This document shows, one piece after another, positions 17,406 to 27,177 of a stretch of 64,000 nucleotides of DNA (positions are counted from its first letter, which is position 1; each line of letters opens with the position of its first letter). This DNA is from Acutalibacteraceae bacterium. Lineage in GTDB: Bacteria > Bacillota > Clostridia > Oscillospirales > Acutalibacteraceae. The notes under the pieces were generated by a model. It did not search any database. It saw only the letters and a list, made by a program, of their open reading frames with translations, and was not told where the DNA came from. The position numbers and the translations under genes were made by a program. The stretch lies in assembly GCA_045650565.1 (NCBI GenBank), contig JAZRRG010000042.1, forward strand, positions 19,546 through 83,545. Direction: 5' to 3'.

Positions 17406-18362
17406 ATGATTAAAGTTAAAAACAATAAAATCAATGCCCGTAAATTAGGCAAAACCGGAGCCAGAGTTGTTATTCCAATAGTCAGATGGGTGTTCCTGCT
17501 TTCAATCAGTTACATTCTTTTGTATCCGTTGTTTTATATGATATCAACATCGGTTAGAGCGCCGATGGACTTTGTTGATACAACGGTTATGTGGGTTCCA
17601 AAAAACTTTTCGTTCTATAACATAACAAGAGCGTTTGATTTGTTAGATTACCCCAAATCATTGTTAAGCACATTAAAGGTTGAAATTATCAGTGCCTTTA
17701 TAGAGGTGGCAACCTGTTCTATTACGGCGTATGGCTTGGCAAGATTTGAGTTTAAGGAAAAGAAGATATTAACACTTATTCTTATGCTAACAATTCTTAT
17801 TCCTACCCCTATGATAATTATTCCCTTGACCGTAAGCATGCGATATCTTGACTTCTTTGGAATTCTCGGTCTTATCGGCGAGCTTATCGGTCACAATATC
17901 CGTCCTAATCTCTTAAATACGGTATGGTCTTTCTACATACCCAGTATTTTCTCGGTGGGTTTAAAAGCGGGTTTGTTCATCTATATGTATGTTCAGTTCT
18001 TCAAGGGCTTACCTAAGGAGCTTGAGGAAGCGGCATCTATTGACGGTGCAGGACCTATCAAAACATTCCTCACCATTGTTGTGCCTTCGTCGGGAACAAT
18101 ATTCCTGACAGTTATAATATTCAGTATTATATGGCACTGGAACGATACCTATCTTTCGGTAATGTTTTTATCAAAGAATTTTCCGTTGTCGGTGGCTCTT
18201 GCCAATATAACGACAAAAATGAACGATATTTTGTTTGAGCCGAGAGCAGTAGGCATACTTATGGCGGCCTGCTTACTGGTAATTCTACCCGTGCTTATCG
18301 TTTATTGCATTTTGCAAAAACGCTTTATCAAGAGCATTGATAGAGTAGGTATAGTAGGATAA
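17406..18362 (+). CDS. Carbohydrate ABC transporter permease (second system, MalG-like)
   Basis: GGAGGGG RBS. EAA loop EEAASIDGAGPIKTFLTIVVPSSG. Confidence 0.85.
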   Translation: MIKVKNNKINARKLGKTGARVVIPIVRWVFLLSISYILLYPLFYMISTSVRAPMDFVDTTVMWVPKNFSFYNITRAFDLLDYPKSLLSTLKVEIISAFIEVATCSITAYGLARFEFKEKKILTLILMLTILIPTPMIIIPLTVSMRYLDFFGILGLIGELIGHNIRPNLLNTVWSFYIPSIFSVGLKAGLFIYMYVQFFKGLPKELEEAASIDGAGPIKTFLTIVVPSSGTIFLTVIIFSIIWHWNDTYLSVMFLSKNFPLSVALANITTKMNDILFEPRAVGILMAACLLVILPVLIVYCILQKRFIKSIDRVGIVG

Positions 18363-18407
18363 AAGGTATATTGACAGCTGACCACAAAAAGTAATTACTT
18401 TAAATGG

Positions 18408-18436
18408 TTGCTTTTTTGCGGGAAGGGTGTTACAAT
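18408..18436 (+). promoter_or_regulatory. Possible internal promoter (extended -10) ahead of the second SBP gene
   Basis: TTGCTT (18408-18413), 17-nt spacer ending in TGt, TACAAT (18431-18436). Confidence 0.4.
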
Positions 18437-18465
18437 ATAAAAAAATAAAGAGGAGGTATTTTATC

Positions 18466-19839
18466 TTGAAAAACCTTAAAAGAGTATTTGCAATACTGCT
18501 TGTAGTTGCTATGGCTCTCACAGCTGCCGGTTGCGGTGGCAACGGCGGTAACAATGGCGGCGGAACAAGTACGGGCGGTACAGGTGTTGGCGGACTGAAG
18601 GTAGAAGAGTACGCTATTGATTCTGAGGCAGTTTTAGCTTCAATGCCCTCAGAGCTTAAAGGAACCACCATTACATTCCTTAGCTGGTATGACCCTGAGG
18701 ACCGTGAGGAAAAGGATGTTATAGCAGCTTTCGAGCAAAAAACAGGCATTACTATTGAAAACCGTATTGTTGATTATGCGGGCTATGCAAACAAGGTAGC
18801 TGCGGCATTGGCTCAGGGTGAAACACCTGATGTTATGCGTATGAGACTGCCCTTGGTTGACCTTCTGAAACTGTGTCAGCCGATATCAGCTACAGGGTAT
18901 GACTTTAGCGATAAGGCATGGGATAAGAACACAATGGAGCTTTATACAGTAGGTAATAATTGCTATGGTACAAATCTCGTTTACACACCCTATTTCTTAC
19001 CCACCATGTTCTTCTATAACTCAAGTGTAATTGAGGATATGGGCTTTGATGACCCGTATGAGCTTTGGAAGGATGGCAAATGGACCTGGAGTAAGTTCAG
19101 AGACATGTGCAGCACTTGGGTTAATGAGAACGGTGCTGAGTACACAGGTGCTTGTATAATGCGTCCTACATTCCCTGCAGAAACCGCAGATTCTTCCCTT
19201 ATTAAGAAGAGTGCTGACGGTGTTACCTATGAGCTTGACTTTACAAATCAGATGGCTCTTGATTGCTGGAAGTATACACAGGAAGGCAAGCAAATGGGCT
19301 GGTTTACCAATGTAAACGATGCATTCGACCAGGCAAAGCCCAAGCTTTTGTTCGCTAGTATTGATGCTTCGGCAGTTCAGCAGTCATCGGGTTACTTTAG
19401 CAAGACCAGATTACGTGGCTACCTAAAGGGTGTTCCCGCACCTGTGTGGGACTTAACCGAGGGCTTTAATGACTATACACTTTCCATGATGGAAACCATC
19501 GGTTTCGGTATCCCGAAGGGCGCTAAGAACGCAAAGGCGGTTCCCTACTTCTTGGCATATCTTTGCAACTTTGCAAACTATAATCAAGGCGTTGGCGAAG
19601 GCGGCTTCTTCTTCAGCGAGCAGATTAAAGAGTGCTATATGGATATGATGACTATTGAAAAAAGAACATTTGATATCACTTCGCAAATTGCTGAGTACGA
19701 TGGAACCATCGAGAACTTTGGTTGGCAGTTGTTCTACAACGTAGACCCGACTCAGACAGAGCAGTGGTTACAAGAAAGAGAATATATTGTACAGAACAGT
19801 ATGAATCAGTACAACGATGTTCTCAATACTTTAAAATAG
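18466..19839 (+). CDS. Sugar ABC transporter substrate-binding lipoprotein (second system)
   Basis: TTG 18466 lies 8 nt after AGGAGG. Lipobox LTAAGCGG followed by a Gly/Asn/Thr linker. SBP_bac_1-like body. The ORF-track ATG at 18427 would put 13 residues before the signal peptide. Confidence 0.8.
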   Translation: MKNLKRVFAILLVVAMALTAAGCGGNGGNNGGGTSTGGTGVGGLKVEEYAIDSEAVLASMPSELKGTTITFLSWYDPEDREEKDVIAAFEQKTGITIENRIVDYAGYANKVAAALAQGETPDVMRMRLPLVDLLKLCQPISATGYDFSDKAWDKNTMELYTVGNNCYGTNLVYTPYFLPTMFFYNSSVIEDMGFDDPYELWKDGKWTWSKFRDMCSTWVNENGAEYTGACIMRPTFPAETADSSLIKKSADGVTYELDFTNQMALDCWKYTQEGKQMGWFTNVNDAFDQAKPKLLFASIDASAVQQSSGYFSKTRLRGYLKGVPAPVWDLTEGFNDYTLSMMETIGFGIPKGAKNAKAVPYFLAYLCNFANYNQGVGEGGFFFSEQIKECYMDMMTIEKRTFDITSQIAEYDGTIENFGWQLFYNVDPTQTEQWLQEREYIVQNSMNQYNDVLNTLK

Positions 19840-19844
19840 TTAAT

Positions 19845-19876
19845 AAAAAAGCAGAGGGTTTACCTCTGCTTTTTTT
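19845..19876 (+). terminator. Rho-independent terminator ending the 12.5 kb uptake operon
   Basis: aaaaaagcagagg-gttta-cctctgc followed by ttttttt. Confidence 0.85.
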
Positions 19877-19877
19877 A

Positions 19878-19906
19878 TTGACACAATAAAAATCATAATG
19901 TAAAAT
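19878..19906 (+). promoter_or_regulatory. SigA-type promoter for the alpha-galactosidase gene
   Basis: TTGACA (19878-19883), 17-nt spacer, TAAAAT (19901-19906). Confidence 0.6.
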
Positions 19907-19939
19907 GGATATAACAACAAATATCAAGGTGGTAAAGAT

Positions 19940-22123
19940 ATGGCAATACTATTTAAAGACGGTTGTTTTAAGCTTGATACAAAAAACACCACATATAGCT
20001 TCAAGGTTGCAGATTATGGGTATGTTATGCACGAGTATTACGGAAAGACCATTTCCGATATTGATTTAGGTTACATAAACCCCATTGTAAAGCGCTCTTA
20101 TGCCGCATCGGTTAAGGAAGACTGGTATATGTATTTCCGCATTTCCGATGTTGGACAGGAATACTCAGCATACGGTATTGCCGATTTTCGTGCGACTGCA
20201 CTAAGAATAAAACATGCCGATGGGTCGAGAGCCGCCGATTTGCGATATTTCTCACACGAAATAATCTCGGGCGCAATGGATATCCCGGGGCTTCCCCACG
20301 CCACCGAAAACGGCTATGACGGAATCGAGACGCTAAAACTTGTCTTAAAGGATGCCGCTACCGATGTTTTTGTTAATATCTATTATACTGTTTTTGAGCA
20401 AACAGATGTAATTGCTCGCTTTAATGAAATTGAAAATAAAACCGACAATTCGGTGTTCGTAGAAAAGGCGGCAAGTTTACAGCTTGATATGAATTCCGCC
20501 GATTATGATTTTATTCAGCTTTCGGGCGCATGGGCGAAGGAACGCCATATAAATAGAAATCCGTTGGCGACAGGTATGCAGGGCTTTACTGTGCGCCGTG
20601 GCACTTCGAGCCATCAGCATAGTCCGTTCTTTAGTGTTTGCGCTAAAAATGCCGACGAAACAAATGGCGATGCATTCGGCTTCCACTTGGTATATAGCGG
20701 AAACCATAAAACCGAAATTGAGGTTGACCAGTACGGTACAGCCAGAATTTTAAGCGGAATTGGCGATGAGGGATTTTCGTGGGAGGTAAAAACAGGAGAT
20801 AAGTTCACAACTCCGCAGGCACTTATGACCTACTCTTCGTCGGGTCTCGGACAAATGTCACGCAATTTCCATAAATTTATAACCCGACACATTTTCCGCC
20901 CCAAGTGGAAAAACGTTCGCCGTCCCTTGCTTATAAATAACTGGGAGGCAACATATTTTGATTTTAACTATGAAAAACTGGTTGCCTTGGCTGAATCGGC
21001 AGGCAAATTGGGCATTGAATTGCTGGTTATGGATGTCGGTTGGTTTGGCAAGCGTGAGGATGATACAACCTCTCTTGGCGACTGGGTGGTAAACACCGAA
21101 AAACTGCCGGGAGGCCTTAAAAGACTTGCCGAGGGCGTTAACGAGAAGGGACTCAAATTCGGTATATGGATGGAGCCCGAAATGATATCCGAGGACAGTG
21201 ATTTATATCGTGCGCATCCCGACTGGGTGCTTTCAATTCCCGGTAGGGCAAAGAGTATAGGCAGAAATCAGTATATACTCGACCTTGTAAACGAGGATGC
21301 AAAGCAGTTCGTTTTAGATACCATTTGTTCGGTACTGGACAGCGCAAATATAGAGTATCTAAAATGGGATATGAACCGCTATTTAACCGAGGCATATTCT
21401 GCTACACTCGGCAAGGAAAATCAGGGTGAGGTATATCACCGCTATATGTTGGCGGTTTATGACATACTAAATACTGTTATAACCCGCTTCCCCAAACTGC
21501 TTATAGAGCATTGCTCGGGCGGTGGCGGAAGATTCGATACAGGTATGCTTTATTACTCGCCGCAAATTTGGACAAGTGATGATACCGATGCTGCCGAACG
21601 TATTGAGATTCAGCGTGGAACCTCTCTCGGCTTCCCGATAACGAGTATGGGCAGTCATGTATCGGCAGTGCCTAACCATCAAACAGGCAGGGTAACACCG
21701 CTTGATACACGTGCAGAAGTGGCATATTCGGGCACCTTCGGGTATGAGTTGGATATAAATGCCTTAACCGAGGAGGAACAAGCCGAGGTTAAACAGCAAT
21801 GTGCATTTTATAAGGAAAATTATGAGCTCATTAACAAGGGTGAGTATTACCGCTTGGCGCATGAGCCGGGTGTATTCTCATCATGGTGTTTCGCAAGTGA
21901 GGACAAGAAGGAAATTCTGCTGTTCTGTGTTCAGCTTGAGGCAGGTGCTAATGATGCTAACCGCTTTGTAAAAATTCCTGCTGCCGATAAAAATATGCGC
22001 TATGTTGAGGAAGAAACAAATCAAACATACTTTGGCGACACCTTAAATAACATAGGAATTTGCATTCCTTACGAATTTGGCGAAAGAGTAGCATTTAGCC
22101 GTCGCTTTAAGGCAGAAAAATAA
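19940..22123 (+). CDS. GH36 alpha-galactosidase
   Basis: GH36 hallmarks: GWFGKREDD...SLGDW, nucleophile region YLKWDMNRY, CSGGGGRFD, and acid/base region WTSDDTDAAERI. Confidence 0.9.
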   Translation: MAILFKDGCFKLDTKNTTYSFKVADYGYVMHEYYGKTISDIDLGYINPIVKRSYAASVKEDWYMYFRISDVGQEYSAYGIADFRATALRIKHADGSRAADLRYFSHEIISGAMDIPGLPHATENGYDGIETLKLVLKDAATDVFVNIYYTVFEQTDVIARFNEIENKTDNSVFVEKAASLQLDMNSADYDFIQLSGAWAKERHINRNPLATGMQGFTVRRGTSSHQHSPFFSVCAKNADETNGDAFGFHLVYSGNHKTEIEVDQYGTARILSGIGDEGFSWEVKTGDKFTTPQALMTYSSSGLGQMSRNFHKFITRHIFRPKWKNVRRPLLINNWEATYFDFNYEKLVALAESAGKLGIELLVMDVGWFGKREDDTTSLGDWVVNTEKLPGGLKRLAEGVNEKGLKFGIWMEPEMISEDSDLYRAHPDWVLSIPGRAKSIGRNQYILDLVNEDAKQFVLDTICSVLDSANIEYLKWDMNRYLTEAYSATLGKENQGEVYHRYMLAVYDILNTVITRFPKLLIEHCSGGGGRFDTGMLYYSPQIWTSDDTDAAERIEIQRGTSLGFPITSMGSHVSAVPNHQTGRVTPLDTRAEVAYSGTFGYELDINALTEEEQAEVKQQCAFYKENYELINKGEYYRLAHEPGVFSSWCFASEDKKEILLFCVQLEAGANDANRFVKIPAADKNMRYVEEETNQTYFGDTLNNIGICIPYEFGERVAFSRRFKAEK

Positions 22124-22154
22124 GTAAACGAAGGATTATTTGTTTTTCAAATTC

Positions 22155-22183
22155 TTGACTTAACAAGAGCGACATGCTATAAT
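22155..22183 (+). promoter_or_regulatory. SigA-type promoter (extended -10) for the V-ATPase operon
   Basis: TTGACT (22155-22160), 17-nt spacer ending in TGc, TATAAT (22178-22183). Confidence 0.65.
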
Positions 22184-22211
22184 ATTACAAAACCAAATAG
22201 CAATAATAATT

Positions 22212-22257
22212 AAGGGAACTAGCTGACTGTAGAGGACACGGTTCCCTTATGTTTTTT
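22212..22257 (+). promoter_or_regulatory. Terminator-like hairpin in the V-ATPase 5' leader (candidate attenuator)
   Basis: aagggaac (22212-22219) pairs with gttccctt (22241-22248) across a 21-nt loop, followed by atgtttttt. It sits between the promoter and the ntpE start. Confidence 0.35.
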
Positions 22258-22298
22258 AGAGTAAATCATCAGATTAAATATAAAAAGGAGAAAGCATC

Positions 22299-22904
22299 AT
22301 GGAAATACAACTCCAGGAACTAATCGACCAAATTAAAAAGGAAGGTGTAGAGGCGGCTGAAGCCAAGGCGGAGGCAATACTTAAATCTGCACAAGAAAAG
22401 GCAGAGCAAATTATTTGTGATGCAAAAAATCAAGCCGAAAAAATCTTGCTTAACGCTAAAAATGAGAATGACCGAATGGTGAAGTCGGGCGAAGATGCTA
22501 TTCGTCAGGCAGGTCGTAATTTGTTGATTTCTTTCAGGGAAAGCGTAACGAGAGAGCTAAAAAATATTATAGGTGAAAATGTATCGTCAGTATATTCATC
22601 CGAAGCGTTGGCACAAATTATCATTAACGTTGTTGAGGGTTGGGCTAAAAAAGGCGATGCTGAAGATATAGCGGTAATTTTAAATACCCAAGACCTAAAG
22701 AATATTCAGGAGGTCTTACTTGCCGCCCTAAAGGAAAAAATGCTAAAGGGAATAATACTGAAGGCGAACGATAATTTTGATGGCGGCTTCCGTATTGCCG
22801 TCAAGGGCGGCGGCGCTTACTATGATTATTCGGCTGAAGCGGTTGTAGATATGCTTTCAAATTATCTTAGCCCCAAGGTTACCGAGCTTTTGAAAGAGGC
22901 GTAA
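22299..22904 (+). CDS. ntpE: V-type ATPase subunit E
   Basis: Long N-terminal charged helix (EAAEAKAEAILKSAQEKAEQII...) followed by a globular C-terminus. It is the first gene of the V-ATPase operon. Confidence 0.75.
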   Translation: MEIQLQELIDQIKKEGVEAAEAKAEAILKSAQEKAEQIICDAKNQAEKILLNAKNENDRMVKSGEDAIRQAGRNLLISFRESVTRELKNIIGENVSSVYSSEALAQIIINVVEGWAKKGDAEDIAVILNTQDLKNIQEVLLAALKEKMLKGIILKANDNFDGGFRIAVKGGGAYYDYSAEAVVDMLSNYLSPKVTELLKEA

Positions 22905-22908
22905 GCGT

Positions 22909-23463
22909 ATGGCTGAATATTATTTAATATCGCAGTTACCATCATTGGACGGAATAAACGAAAATGCTCCGCTTCCGATTACCGAAGAACGCTTTTTAGA
23001 GCTTTGCGAACGGTTTTTGGGGAAAAAAGCGCAACAGGACATAAGAAAACTCACGCTTTTCCCACCTAAAAGCAAGGAGGAGAGTAATTGCGGTTTTATT
23101 GATGAATGGAACGAGAGAGAACGTTTGTTGCGGTTTGCGCTCGGCAAGGCACGTGCCGAAAAAATGAAAAAAACCTTTGATACTGAAAACAAAATTTTGC
23201 CGGTTGAGTATATAAAGGTGGCTTCTTCGGCGGTAGAAATGGAAAATCCTATGGAGGCGGAGAAATTTCTAAACCGCTACCGGTTGGAGATTTTGGAAAC
23301 ACTCAGACCGATGGATAGCTTTTCCCAAGACTATATATTCTATTACGGAATTAAGTTAAAGCTTCTTTTAAGCATAAGGCAGTTTGATGTAAAAGCAGGA
23401 GAAGCGGCATACAAAAATATTTACAATTCCATTTTAAATGGAGATAGGTTGGAGGCAATATAA
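22909..23463 (+). CDS. DUF2764-like V-ATPase accessory protein (occupies the subunit C/d position in Bacteroidetes-type operons)
   Basis: Position between E and A. About 184 aa, helical. The family assignment is recalled from memory and rests on synteny. Confidence 0.55.
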   Translation: MAEYYLISQLPSLDGINENAPLPITEERFLELCERFLGKKAQQDIRKLTLFPPKSKEESNCGFIDEWNERERLLRFALGKARAEKMKKTFDTENKILPVEYIKVASSAVEMENPMEAEKFLNRYRLEILETLRPMDSFSQDYIFYYGIKLKLLLSIRQFDVKAGEAAYKNIYNSILNGDRLEAI

Positions 23464-25232
23464 TGACCGAAAATAAAGGAAAGGTATTAAGCATAAACGG
23501 AAACCTGGTGTCTGTAGAGTTTGTCGGCAATGTTTCTATGAATGAGATATGCTATGTTTTGGTGGGCGATACTGCTCTAAAAAGCGAGGTTATCCGCATA
23601 AGAGGAAATGTTGCGCAAATACAGGTATATGAAATGACCGAGGGTATCAAATGCGGAGATGTTGTAGAGTTTACGTCAGACATGCTGTCTGCCGAACTAG
23701 GCCCCGGCTTGCTCGGTCAAGTTTATGACGGACTTCAAAATCCACTTCACGTTTTAGCCGAACAGGCAGGTTGGTTTTTGGAACGTGGAAATTATGCGGA
23801 TGGACTGGATTCCGAAAAGAAGTGGGAATTTACCCCTACTGCCAAGGTGGGAGATGCTGTTCGTGCGGGTGAATATATAGGCACGGTTCCCGAAGGTCCG
23901 TTTACACATAAAATTTTAATCCCCTTTTATTTGCTTGGGAACTATACTGTAAAATCTATTGTAGAAAAGGGAGAGTATACCGTTAAAGAAACAGTTGCGG
24001 TTGTGACAGATGAGCGTGGCAGAGAGATATCAATAGCAATGTCTTTCAAATGGCCCGTTAAACGTGCGGTAAAATGCTACAGCGAACGTTTAGCGCCCGT
24101 AGAGACGATGGAAACCAAGGTGCGCCTTATTGATTCCTTCTTCCCCGTAGCCAAGGGTGGCACCTATTGTACCCCCGGACCATTCGGTGCAGGTAAAACC
24201 GTATTGCAACACACCACATCGAAGTATGCCGATGTAGATATCGTTATTATCGCTGCTTGCGGTGAGCGTGCGGGTGAGGTTGTTGAAACCTTGACCGAGC
24301 TGCCCGAACTTACAGACCCAAGAACAGGTCGTTCGCTTATGGAACGCACCATAATTATATGCAACACCTCCTCTATGCCAGTTGCGTCCCGTGAGGCGTC
24401 GGTTTACACCTCGGTTACACTTGCCGAATATTATCGACAAATGGGACTTCACGTTCTTCTTTTGGCGGACTCCACATCCCGTTGGGCACAGGCACTTCGT
24501 GAGATGTCGGGTAGACTTGAGGAAATCCCCGGTGAAGAGGCGTTCCCTGCATATTTGGAATCTTATATTGCGGCATTTTACGAAAGAGCAGGTTATGTTC
24601 GCCTGTCTGATGGTAGCACGGGCTCGGTTACTATAGGCGGTACCGTATCACCTGCGGGCGGTAACTTCGAGGAGCCCGTAACACAGGCGACATTAAAGGT
24701 TGTAGGCGCTTTCCACGGTCTTTCCCGTGAGCGCTCGGATGCAAGAAAATATCCCGCTATAGACCCGCTTATATCCTGGTCAAAATATAATAGCGTTATA
24801 GATGAAGAAAAATTAGAGTTTTGCAAAAATATTCTTCATCATGGCAGTGAAATTGATTCGATGATGAAGGTTGTAGGTGAGGAGGGTACACCTCTTTCAG
24901 ATTACATTACCTACTTAAAATCCGAAATGCTGGATGCGGTTTATCTGCAACAAAACTCTTTTGATTTGGTTGAGGCAAACTGCTCAACAGCACGTCAACG
25001 CTATGTTACAAATAAATTAGTATATGTTTTGGGCAGTAATTATACTGTGCAAAACAAGGATGATGCACGAAGCTTCTTTAACAGAATGCGCCAAAAGTTT
25101 ATTGACTGGAACTATACCGAGTTTGAGAGCGATGAATTTAAAGCGGCTGAGAAGGAAATAGATGCTTTATACCGTAGGGGTGACGGCAAATTGTCCGCAC
25201 TGGCTGAAAAACTATTGAAGGATGGTGAATAA
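23463..25232 (+). CDS. ntpA: V-type ATPase catalytic subunit A
   Basis: Walker [10 protein letters not shown], Walker B region [12 protein letters not shown], and [15 protein letters not shown]. Confidence 0.95.
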   Translation: MTENKGKVLSINGNLVSVEFVGNVSMNEICYVLVGDTALKSEVIRIRGNVAQIQVYEMTEGIKCGDVVEFTSDMLSAELGPGLLGQVYDGLQNPLHVLAEQAGWFLERGNYADGLDSEKKWEFTPTAKVGDAVRAGEYIGTVPEGPFTHKILIPFYLLGNYTVKSIVEKGEYTVKETVAVVTDERGREISIAMSFKWPVKRAVKCYSERLAPVETMETKVRLIDSFFPVAKGGTYCTPGPFGAGKTVLQHTTSKYADVDIVIIAACGERAGEVVETLTELPELTDPRTGRSLMERTIIICNTSSMPVASREASVYTSVTLAEYYRQMGLHVLLLADSTSRWAQALREMSGRLEEIPGEEAFPAYLESYIAAFYERAGYVRLSDGSTGSVTIGGTVSPAGGNFEEPVTQATLKVVGAFHGLSRERSDARKYPAIDPLISWSKYNSVIDEEKLEFCKNILHHGSEIDSMMKVVGEEGTPLSDYITYLKSEMLDAVYLQQNSFDLVEANCSTARQRYVTNKLVYVLGSNYTVQNKDDARSFFNRMRQKFIDWNYTEFESDEFKAAEKEIDALYRRGDGKLSALAEKLLKDGE

Positions 25233-25234
25233 GG

Positions 25235-26530
25235 GTGAATAAAGTATATAACAAAATAGAATCTATCACCGGTAACGTTATCACTGTCCGAGCAAATGGT
25301 GTTCAGTACAAGGAATTGGCACAAATAAGCACACGCTTTGGTAAATCTTTAGCCCAGGTTAACAAGATAGAGGGCGACATAGTATCGCTTCAGGTGTTTG
25401 CGGGCGGTCAAGGTGTTTCCACAGGCGATGAGGTACGCTTCTTAGGTCACGAAATGCGAGTATCGTTTAGTGAAGATTTGTTAGGCCGTATATTCAACGG
25501 CTCGGGTGAGCCGAGAGATAAGGGACCCGCACTTGCGGAAAACATGAAGTCCATAGGCGGACCCTCCGTTAATCCTACCAAGCGTATTCTTGCTAACCGA
25601 ATGATGAGAACCAATATTCCAATGATAGATATGTTCAACACCTTGGTGGTATCTCAAAAATTGCCGATTTTCTCGATTTCAGGTGAGCCGTACAACCAGC
25701 TTCTTGCCCGTATTGCAATGCAGGCCGAGGCCGATGTAATCGTTCTTGGCGGTATGGGACTGAAATACGATGATTTTCTGTATTTTAAGGATGCGCTTTC
25801 CAAGGGCGGCGCTTTAAGCAAAACCGTTATGTTTATCCATACAGCGTCCGACCCTACGGTTGAATGTATGATGATTCCCGATATGGTTTTGGCGGTAGCC
25901 GAGCAGTTCGCACTGCAAAACAAGGATGTATTGGTGCTGCTGACCGATATGACCAACTTTGCCGATGCTATGAAGGAAATCGCCATTATTCAAGAACAGG
26001 TGCCGTCTAACCGCGGATATCCCGGTGACTTATATTCTCAGCTTGCTTCCCGTTATGAAAAGGCGGTTGACTTTGCCGATTCCGGCTCGGTTACCGTTTT
26101 AGCGGTTACTACTATGCCGGGTGATGATGTAACCCATCCTGTTCCCGATAATACAGGATATATTACCGAGGGACAGTATTATCTTAAGGGAGGTCGCATA
26201 GAGCCGTTTGGTTCGCTCTCCCGTCTTAAGCAAAATGTAAACGGCAAAACACGAAAAGACCACAGGGCACTTATGGATGGAATGATACGCTTGTATTCTT
26301 CTTACAAGGAAACGCTTGAAAAGAAAAACATGGGCTTTTCTATGAGTCGCTGGGATGAAAAATTGCTAAAATACGGTGAGCTTTTTGAAGATAAAATGAT
26401 GTCACTGTCGGTTAATCTTTCGCTTGAAGAGGCGCTTGATTTAGGATGGGAAATTTTAGCAGACTGCTTTGAAAAGCAAGAAACCGGAATTAAGTCAGAC
26501 CTTACTGATGAGTTTTGGCCTAAAGGGTAA
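25235..26530 (+). CDS. ntpB: V-type ATPase subunit B
   Basis: GTG start. The sequences [27 protein letters not shown] and [11 protein letters not shown] are typical of the non-catalytic B subunit. Confidence 0.95.
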   Translation: MNKVYNKIESITGNVITVRANGVQYKELAQISTRFGKSLAQVNKIEGDIVSLQVFAGGQGVSTGDEVRFLGHEMRVSFSEDLLGRIFNGSGEPRDKGPALAENMKSIGGPSVNPTKRILANRMMRTNIPMIDMFNTLVVSQKLPIFSISGEPYNQLLARIAMQAEADVIVLGGMGLKYDDFLYFKDALSKGGALSKTVMFIHTASDPTVECMMIPDMVLAVAEQFALQNKDVLVLLTDMTNFADAMKEIAIIQEQVPSNRGYPGDLYSQLASRYEKAVDFADSGSVTVLAVTTMPGDDVTHPVPDNTGYITEGQYYLKGGRIEPFGSLSRLKQNVNGKTRKDHRALMDGMIRLYSSYKETLEKKNMGFSMSRWDEKLLKYGELFEDKMMSLSVNLSLEEALDLGWEILADCFEKQETGIKSDLTDEFWPKG

Positions 26531-26544
26531 GGAGGACTGTAGTT

Positions 26545-27177
26545 TTGGCAAAAATCAAACTAACTAAAAATGAGTTAAAGGTACAAAAGGACGCACTAAA
26601 AATGTACCGCAGATATTTGCCTACTCTGACACTGAAAAAGCAACAGCTCCAAACGGAAATTCGCACGATTGAAGCCAAGGCAAAGGCAGTAAGAAAAGAA
26701 AGAGAAAACCTTGAATTTGGGTTTAGAGATTGGATTGCTGTCTTTAGCCAAAGCGATGCATTCCCTAAAGGTGTGATAACGGTTGACAATATTCGCAAAG
26801 GAAAGGGTAATATTGCGGGTGTTGATATACCCACCTTTGAGGGTGCGGATTTTAAAAGAGGCGATTATGACCTCTACGAAACACCTCTTTGGGTGGACAT
26901 AGCCGCAAATCATATGGAAAAGGCAATGTCCCTTGATTTAGAGGCGGAAGTGTTGGATGAGCAGGTTAGACTGTTAGAGATAGAGCTACTTGCAACCTCT
27001 CAAAGAGTAAACCTGTTTGAAAAGGTTAAAATTCCCGAAACAGAGGAAAATATTAAAAAAATATCAATATATATGGCAGACCAACAGGTTAGTGCCGTAG
27101 TGCGTTCAAAAATATCAAAACGCAAAATAGCCCTTCGCAATGCGGTGGCTTCCGAAAAGGAGGTTTATGCATTATGA
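26545..27177 (+). CDS. ntpD: V-type ATPase subunit D
   Basis: TTG start after AAGGAGG. N-terminal KLTKNELKVQKDALKMYRRYLPTL and coiled-coil character. Confidence 0.85.
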   Translation: MAKIKLTKNELKVQKDALKMYRRYLPTLTLKKQQLQTEIRTIEAKAKAVRKERENLEFGFRDWIAVFSQSDAFPKGVITVDNIRKGKGNIAGVDIPTFEGADFKRGDYDLYETPLWVDIAANHMEKAMSLDLEAEVLDEQVRLLEIELLATSQRVNLFEKVKIPETEENIKKISIYMADQQVSAVVRSKISKRKIALRNAVASEKEVYAL

